Below are positions 57,893 to 64,000 of a DNA stretch of 64,000 nucleotides, piece by piece. Numbering within the stretch: position 1 is the first letter of the stretch; each line of letters begins with the position of its first letter. A program made the translations under genes and the position numbers. The notes beneath the pieces were generated by a model, which saw only the letters and a list, made by a program, of their open reading frames with translations, was not told the origin of the DNA and ran no database searches. The stretch is from NCBI GenBank assembly GCA_963621825.1, contig CAVFFP010000003.1, positions 8,801 through 72,800 on the forward strand, written 5' to 3'. This stretch comes from a bacterium. GTDB lineage: Bacteria > Bacillota_I > Bacilli_A > RFN20 > CAG-288.

Positions 57893-60034
57893 CTATTTCT
57901 TTAAGCCTTTCATGGAAAGAGAGATACGTTTTCTCTTCAAGTCGACATCGATGACCTTCACCTTGACGATATCACCCGGTTTTCCTTCGGTATGAGGATC
58001 GGAGACAAAGTGGTCCGCGATTTCGGAGATATGGACAAGACCGTTGATCTCAACGCCTAAGTCGACGAAGAAACCGAATCCAGCGACGTTACGGATTGTG
58101 CCTTCCATAATCATTCCCGTCTTGATGTCCTTGATATCGGTGACATTGTCGAGTAGCTTTGCAGTGATGGCGTTCTCACGGGGGTCACGGCTAGGCTGAA
58201 TAAGTTCCTTTACGATGTCCTTCAATGTCGGGAAGCCGACAGAAAGCTTTTCGCTATAGGCCTTGATGGCATTGTCATCGAGAGATTTCAAGGATGCAAC
58301 CTTCTCATCGTGGGTCGAACCCGAAATCTCTTTTAACAGCGCTTTTGCAACCGCATAGGATTCCGGATGGACGGCACTGTTGTCTAATGGTTCTTTGCTT
58401 TCCGGAATGCGTAAGAAACCGGCAGCGTTAAGGAATGCCTTGGGGCCGAGATTTGGAACTTTCTTCAGCTGACTTCTCGAAGTGAAGGCGCCATTCTCAT
58501 CGCGGTAAGCAACGATGCTATCTGCAATCTTAGTGGAGATACCGGAGACATAGCTAAGCAAGGAACTCGATGCCGTGTTGAGATTGACACCAACATAGTT
58601 GACGCAGTCTTCGACAACACCCTTTAAAGCCATGGAAAGCTTCTTGTTGTCGATATCGTACTGATACTGACCGACACCGATGCTCTCCGGCGGAATCTTG
58701 ACGAGTTCCGCAAGAGGATCTTCCAGTCTTCTCGCGATAGAGACAGCAGAACGGAGGTTCGGTTCGAAGTCCGGGAATTCTTTCTGAGCAAGAGCAGTAG
58801 CGGAGTAGATGGAAGCGCCGCTTTCGCTGACAAAGATGATCTCTAAATCGTGGAAGTCTTCTACGTTCGCTTTGATCTGTTTGAGAAGTTCTTCGCTCTC
58901 TCTTCCGGCATGGCCGTTACCTAAAGCGATAGTATGTGTTTTGTTCTTTCTTAATAAAGTGACGATTTCCTGCTTGGCTCTTTCCTTTCTTCCGTCACTG
59001 GTGAAAGGATTATTGAGAACATAGGTATCTAAGACCTTTCCGTTCTCATCGATGAAGGCAAGCTTGCATCCATGGGCATAGCCAGGATCAAAGCCTAAGA
59101 TTCTTCTACCCTTGAGCGGAGGATAAAGAAGGGTGGCACGGAGAGAGGTCTTAAACTCTTCGATGGAGCTGTCACTGGCCTTATCCATCAAGTCAGAGAA
59201 GACATCATTGCTGATAGAAGGATAGATAAGTCTCTTATAGCTGTCGTTGATCATCTCCTCAAACTCATGCTGATAGGGAGTGTGAGAAGGAATTTCAAAA
59301 GTGTAGAGATGCTTCAGAATGGCTTCGTCATCTAGGATAAGTCTCTTTGTAAGACATTTCTGATTGACACCACGATTGATGGCTAAAGTGTTATAAGGCT
59401 TAATCTGGGAAACCTTTTTCTGGTATGCGGCATAGTTATCAAAGACATCGCTTGCTGCATCTTCGGTCTTTGTCGATTCAACAATACCGGAGTTCTGAGC
59501 AAGATTTTTGATGAAAAGACGATAGTTGGCATTGTCAGAGATGCGTTCAGCCAAAATATCAAAGGCACCCTGTATGACTTTGTCCGTGGTCTTATATTCC
59601 TCGCAAAGGTATTTTTCAGCCTCTGTTTTCAGTGTTCCCGTCTTATCATGAAGCAGGAATTCCGCTAACGGCTCAAGTCCAGCTTTGATAGCCTTAGAAG
59701 CGCGAGTAACGCGTTTTGGCTTATATGGGCGGTAAAGATCTTCGACTAAAGCCATTGTCATGGCTTCATCGATCTTCTTTCTCAGTTCCGGATCATCGAT
59801 TTTCTGATCATCAAGAGATTTGAAGACGGTCTTCTTTCTGTCTTCCAGGTTACGATAGGCAATGAGTTTCTCCTCTAACTGGCGGAGATTTTCATCGGTA
59901 AGACCGCCGGTGACTTCCTTTCTGTAACGGGCGATGAAAGGGACGGTATTTCCTTCATCAAGAAGTGTGATGGCAGAGTTGACGTTATCGAGATTGAGTT
60001 TCAGTTCCTGAGCAATTGTTTTATTGATATCCAT
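57893..60034 (-). CDS. tex: Transcription accessory protein Tex (S1 RNA-binding domain protein)
   Basis: 713 aa; HhH, YqgF-like and C-terminal S1 domain (GMIMEGTIRNVAGFGFFVDLG...GLVHISEIAD). Confidence 0.9.
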   Translation of the reverse strand: MDINKTIAQELKLNLDNVNSAITLLDEGNTVPFIARYRKEVTGGLTDENLRQLEEKLIAYRNLEDRKKTVFKSLDDQKIDDPELRKKIDEAMTMALVEDLYRPYKPKRVTRASKAIKAGLEPLAEFLLHDKTGTLKTEAEKYLCEEYKTTDKVIQGAFDILAERISDNANYRLFIKNLAQNSGIVESTKTEDAASDVFDNYAAYQKKVSQIKPYNTLAINRGVNQKCLTKRLILDDEAILKHLYTFEIPSHTPYQHEFEEMINDSYKRLIYPSISNDVFSDLMDKASDSSIEEFKTSLRATLLYPPLKGRRILGFDPGYAHGCKLAFIDENGKVLDTYVLNNPFTSDGRKERAKQEIVTLLRKNKTHTIALGNGHAGRESEELLKQIKANVEDFHDLEIIFVSESGASIYSATALAQKEFPDFEPNLRSAVSIARRLEDPLAELVKIPPESIGVGQYQYDIDNKKLSMALKGVVEDCVNYVGVNLNTASSSLLSYVSGISTKIADSIVAYRDENGAFTSRSQLKKVPNLGPKAFLNAAGFLRIPESKEPLDNSAVHPESYAVAKALLKEISGSTHDEKVASLKSLDDNAIKAYSEKLSVGFPTLKDIVKELIQPSRDPRENAITAKLLDNVTDIKDIKTGMIMEGTIRNVAGFGFFVDLGVEINGLVHISEIADHFVSDPHTEGKPGDIVKVKVIDVDLKRKRISLSMKGLKK

Positions 60035-60049
60035 GTTTTGTTTTCCTTC

Positions 60050-60487
60050 CTAGCAGTTGACCATGTAATAAAAAGATAATTCGTCTGAAGAGAAGTAAGC
60101 GTAGAGCGTATTCAATTCCACCGTAGAGGAGAAATTGATATTGAGTCCATAGATGCTATCTTTGCCTTTGTCAGCTTTGTCCTTATCCTTGACTAAGGTA
60201 TAAGAGGCATCATATCCGAAAAAGAAAAAAGAATCCTTCTTCGGAGAAAGAAGAACGTGGACGTTATGATAATCCACTTTTGCAGAATCGAGGACATAGG
60301 ATAGACGATAGACGCTGTCTGTCTTCTTACAGATGAGGCTATCGTTGAAATTCCCTTGATTGTCGGCACTGAAAATCTCCTGAGCCAAGAATTTATCTTT
60401 GTCCTCATTAAGAGAGGAGGAGATAGTATTTCCGCAGCTTACAAGGAGAACAAGCGATAGAAGACAACCAAAGAGCGTTTTTTTCAT
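60050..60487 (-). CDS. Lipoprotein of unknown function
   Basis: Signal peptide with lipobox LLVSC-G (MKKTLFGCLLSLVLLVSCGN). Confidence 0.5.
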   Translation of the reverse strand: MKKTLFGCLLSLVLLVSCGNTISSSLNEDKDKFLAQEIFSADNQGNFNDSLICKKTDSVYRLSYVLDSAKVDYHNVHVLLSPKKDSFFFFGYDASYTLVKDKDKADKGKDSIYGLNINFSSTVELNTLYAYFSSDELSFYYMVNC

Positions 60488-60522
60488 AGAAATATTATAC
60501 CATAGGAAAAGAAGGGTTTCGA

Positions 60523-61527
60523 CTAGTGATTCTCTTCTTTTTCCTCGCCCTTTTTCAAAAGATAATTGAAGCTTTCATCATAGATGAACTTGGAGTGCTC
60601 CTCCACGGCCTTTTTCAAAGCTTTTTCTTCACGATGTTCTTCCTGGATCATCTTGTCGATCTCTTTTCCTTTCTCTTCAAAATCATCGAGGAAAGAGTGT
60701 TCGATACCATCGGCCTTATAACCTAAAATCATATCGAGATTGACATTGGAAGCCGCTTTGAAGATATTCTTTTCGACAACAGGAGAATACTCCTTCATCA
60801 GTCTTTGAATAAGGAGCTTTGTCTCATATCTCTGACTTCCGCCTCCGCCATTATCGCAGATGGCACAGTTTTCCGTGAATCTACAGGCACACTGGATGAA
60901 GGTGAGATGATTCTTCACCTTCCAGTCGATGATATCGTTCTCACGGATGAGATACATCGGACGGATGACTTCCATTCCCTCATAATGATCCGAGTGAAGT
61001 TTCGGAAGCATCGTCTGGAAGGATCCGGCATTGAGCATATTCATCAAGGTCGTCTCGATGACGTCATCGTAGTGATGACCTAAGGCGATCTTGTTGCATC
61101 CCCATTCCTTGGCGATACGATATAAGGCACCTCTTCTCATTTTTGCGCAAAGATAGCAAGGCTTTCGGTCTGTGCTATTTGCGATGTCAAAGATATCGGT
61201 CTCTACAATCGTTGCCGGAATCTTCAAAGTAGCAAGATTATTCTTGATGATCTGAAGGTTGATCTCGTTATATCCAGGATTCATGACCAGATATTTGACT
61301 TCAAAAGGAAAATCGGAATATTCCTGGAGATGCTTAAAAAGAAGACCCATCAGCATCGAGTCTTTTCCGCCGGAAATACAGACACAGACCTTATCTCCCT
61401 CTTTGACGAGGTCATAGATCTTTAAGGCCTTGGTGAACATTCTCCAGATGCGGAACTTATAGGTCGTGATCAGGGAATGTTCCGCCATTTCCCCTTTGGA
61501 CAGCTGGTTCAGTTTTTTCTCGTTCAT
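60523..61527 (-). CDS. ttcA: tRNA 2-thiocytidine(32) synthetase TtcA-like PP-loop ATPase
   Basis: PP-loop CISGGKDS, CxxC pairs for Fe-S/zinc, ~310-aa TtcA architecture; 4-nt overlap with the upstream cysteine desulfurase gene. Confidence 0.75.
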   Translation of the reverse strand: MNEKKLNQLSKGEMAEHSLITTYKFRIWRMFTKALKIYDLVKEGDKVCVCISGGKDSMLMGLLFKHLQEYSDFPFEVKYLVMNPGYNEINLQIIKNNLATLKIPATIVETDIFDIANSTDRKPCYLCAKMRRGALYRIAKEWGCNKIALGHHYDDVIETTLMNMLNAGSFQTMLPKLHSDHYEGMEVIRPMYLIRENDIIDWKVKNHLTFIQCACRFTENCAICDNGGGGSQRYETKLLIQRLMKEYSPVVEKNIFKAASNVNLDMILGYKADGIEHSFLDDFEEKGKEIDKMIQEEHREEKALKKAVEEHSKFIYDESFNYLLKKGEEKEENH

Positions 61528-62636
61528 GCGACAAACTCCTTCAATCTTTCAATAAGCGTATCAACTTCCTCTTTTGTAGTAAGGTAGGACAAAGAGACTC
61601 GGGCACTTGATAACGCTCTTCTTTTATCGTGATAAATTGCCATTACCGCCTTTGACGGTGTATTGTTGAGAGAACAGGCACTTTTCTGTGAAATGCAGAT
61701 GTCATTATCAGAAAGGTAAGAGACAATATCGGATCCCTTTCTATTCAGGATAGAGAAGTTGAGAATATAGGGATTTCCAACAGGAGAATTGATAACGACA
61801 TCCTTCAGTTTTGAAATTTCCTCACGCAAGTGAGAGGAGAGTTCTTGTACCTTCTTGTATCTCTCATCTAGGTTTCCCATAGCCAGAGAAAGAGATTTCT
61901 CAACACTTGCCATCAGTCCTAACGGGAAAGTAGACGAACGGTAGATTGATACACTCTTTCCGCCATGAAGCAAGGGAGTCAGGACGATGTTCTTTTTCTT
62001 GACAAGGACACCAGTTCCGATAATGCCCCCGAATTTATGCGGAGAGAACGTGATGAAATCGATTCCGTTCAAATCCAGTTTTATCTTTCCGATAGCCTGT
62101 GTTGCATCGCAGAGATAAAAAGTATTCGGATAGTCTTTTAATGCGTCCTGTATTCCATGGTAATCCTGTATGGTACCTACTTCCGATTCTACTAATGCAG
62201 TAGAGACAAGAAGAGTATCCATGGTCAGTTTGCTCTTTAAATCATCTAAGGAGAGTTTTCCGTCCTTCTCAGTTCTCACTAACTGAATGTCGGCTCCCTT
62301 GTTCTTCAGATAAGATAAAGTAGCATTGACTGAATTATGTTCGAACTCGCTAGAGAGCATCTTTCTTCCAAATCCGTTATAAGACTCATAGACGCCTTTG
62401 ATAACAGTGTTGTTGCTCTCTGTGGCGGAGGAAGTGTAAATAACCTCATACTCCTCTTCCTTCAGTCCTAAAAGGTGTAAAACCGAGGAATTCAGTTCAT
62501 GATAAAACTGAAGCGATTCCTCACCGGCTTTATGAAGGGAATTGCAGTTACCGTAATATGTCTTCTCTACGGCTAAGAAAGTCTTGAGGACTTCATCCTC
62601 CACAGGATGATTGCTGGAATAATCTAAATAAATCAT
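61524..62636 (-). CDS. Cysteine desulfurase (class V aminotransferase, NifS/IscS-like)
   Basis: PLP-lysine motif SPHKFGG, active-site Cys loop (SACS), 370 aa. Confidence 0.85.
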   Translation of the reverse strand: MIYLDYSSNHPVEDEVLKTFLAVEKTYYGNCNSLHKAGEESLQFYHELNSSVLHLLGLKEEEYEVIYTSSATESNNTVIKGVYESYNGFGRKMLSSEFEHNSVNATLSYLKNKGADIQLVRTEKDGKLSLDDLKSKLTMDTLLVSTALVESEVGTIQDYHGIQDALKDYPNTFYLCDATQAIGKIKLDLNGIDFITFSPHKFGGIIGTGVLVKKKNIVLTPLLHGGKSVSIYRSSTFPLGLMASVEKSLSLAMGNLDERYKKVQELSSHLREEISKLKDVVINSPVGNPYILNFSILNRKGSDIVSYLSDNDICISQKSACSLNNTPSKAVMAIYHDKRRALSSARVSLSYLTTKEEVDTLIERLKEFVA

Positions 62637-62856
62637 AACGGAAAGATTTTATCACAATCACACACTTCTTTTGTAAGTGTCGTAAAACGTATTAAATGTA
62701 ATCGCTTTTATCCATTTCTTCTTTTTCCTATGTTTTTCCGCTCTTCCCTTCCTTTCCCATGTTTTTCATAAAAACCACATCCATTTATAAATATAGTTTC
62801 AATGGGAAAAGTATCTTGTATTTGATAAGATAGTCTTCCCTATCAGGAGGGCCAAT

Positions 62857-64000
62857 ATGAAAAAAGATATATCACTAGAAGATATTCAGTTATTCGAAAA
62901 AGATGTAGAGGATAGAGATAGTTCCTCTCTTATCCGTCATACCATCACCAAAAACGGCATTGCAAACAGCATCGTCGATGAAGAAGTCAGCAAAAGCATG
63001 AAGAACTTCTTCTCTGTCGATTTGAAGACAGGAGATGTCTGCAATCAGAAGAGAAGCGGACGCTGCTGGATGTTTGCCGGTCTTAATGTGCTTAGAACAA
63101 TACTGATCAAAAAGCTCAATGTTACAAACTTCGAGCTTTCCCAGGCTTACTTGCAGTTCTATGACAAACTCGAGAAGTGCAATTTCGCCTTAGAAAGAGC
63201 AATCGAATTGGCGTCAGAGCCAATCGACTCTAGACTCAATGTTTTCAACATCGATTCCACATTAGGAGATGGCGGACACTTTGTCATGTTCACCAACCTC
63301 GTCAAGAAGTATGGTGTCGTTCCGATTTCCGAAATGCCTGATCTTGCTGTCAGTCAGGACACTACCTATCTCAATTCCATTCTCAGCCACTATGTCAATC
63401 ATGCCATCATGGAATTAAGAGAAGCAAAGAAAAACGATGCGTCCGATGAAGTCCTCTTCCGCATGAAGGAAGGCTATCTTAATGACATCTACCGTATCCT
63501 TTCTCTCTCCTTAGGCAAGCCAGTCAAAGAGTTTGATCTCGATTACACGGATAAGGACAACAAGTATCAGCATGTCAGTCATCTCACACCGAAATCCTTC
63601 TACGAAGAATACATCAAAGAAGACTTGGATGACTATGTCTGTCTCTGCGATGCACCGATAGAAGGTATGGATATGTATCAGAAGTACACGTCCCGTTATG
63701 TCAATAACGTCGAAGGCGGTGATCCCATCATCTTCTTCAATGTTCCGACAGACACTTTGAAGAAGTCGGTCCTTGCTTCCTTAGAGGGCGGAGAACCGGT
63801 CTGGTTTGCTGGAGATGTCTCCTCTCAGTCCCTGAGACAGGAAGGAATCTTAGCTAGCGGAATCAACCGTGAAAACGAAATCTTCTCCTTGAACTATCAT
63901 ATGAATAAAGGTCAGAGACTTACCTATCGTTCCTCCTTCTCTAATCACGCCATGACTTTCACAGGCGCCAACGTCTTAGAGGACAAGAGTGTCAACAGAT
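62857..64000 (+). CDS. pepC: Aminopeptidase C (peptidase C1B, bleomycin-hydrolase family), 5' partial
   Basis: Catalytic-Cys motif CNQKRSGRCWMFAGLNVLR; GGAGGG RBS; ORF runs off the right window edge. Confidence 0.85.
   Translation, partial: MKKDISLEDIQLFEKDVEDRDSSSLIRHTITKNGIANSIVDEEVSKSMKNFFSVDLKTGDVCNQKRSGRCWMFAGLNVLRTILIKKLNVTNFELSQAYLQFYDKLEKCNFALERAIELASEPIDSRLNVFNIDSTLGDGGHFVMFTNLVKKYGVVPISEMPDLAVSQDTTYLNSILSHYVNHAIMELREAKKNDASDEVLFRMKEGYLNDIYRILSLSLGKPVKEFDLDYTDKDNKYQHVSHLTPKSFYEEYIKEDLDDYVCLCDAPIEGMDMYQKYTSRYVNNVEGGDPIIFFNVPTDTLKKSVLASLEGGEPVWFAGDVSSQSLRQEGILASGINRENEIFSLNYHMNKGQRLTYRSSFSNHAMTFTGANVLEDKSVNR

Noticed and set aside
1-64000. tRNA/rRNA genes and UGA-to-Trp recoding
   Set aside because: No T-arm/acceptor-like conserved segments were found in intergenic regions. 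All long ORFs are intact under the standard code, so there is no evidence of recoding.

Overview
This 64 kb window is a dense core-genome segment of a low-GC Firmicute with a compact genome. It uses the standard genetic code: long ORFs are intact, so UGA is not recoded. Gene order repeatedly mirrors short Bacillus-type syntenic blocks: ftsQ-like/ftsA-like/ftsZ; pheST; mraZ-rsmH-ftsL; thrS; dnaB(Bsu-type)-dnaI; ybeY...era-recO-glyQS-dnaG-sigA-trmK-nif3; apt-rel-hisS-aspS; plsY-parE-parC; yqeH-nadD/yqeK-rsfS; and deoB-xerD, dinB, recN-dxs-xseBA-nusB-asp23. I recognised about 60 protein genes, one ribosomal protein gene below the ORF-track cutoff (rpmG), and several clean rho-independent terminators and sigma-A-type promoters. 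I found no tRNA, rRNA, CRISPR array, phage or IS element. The most notable structure is at 47.9-48.4 kb. Gene orientation switches there from almost entirely + (left) to entirely - (right). The convergent point is a ~450 bp, ~20% GC intergenic region. It carries a 28-bp dif-like XerCD site and seven or more copies of a 10-11 bp GTAC-centred palindrome (TTAGTACTAA / TAGTACTAAAT), whose core resembles the Bacillus RTP Ter core as I recall it. A xerD-like recombinase gene lies 1.4 kb away. I read this as a candidate replication terminus with a possible terminator-site array. Other points of interest are domain fusions (YbeY-Cdd, pseudo-NadD-YqeK) and a DnaI-like loader with a degenerate P-loop. 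There is also a C39-peptidase/transmembrane protein lacking an ABC ATPase, and a second divergent sigma-70 paralog. The mraZ promoter carries an MraZ-box array, and no T-box leader precedes any of the four aminoacyl-tRNA synthetase loci.
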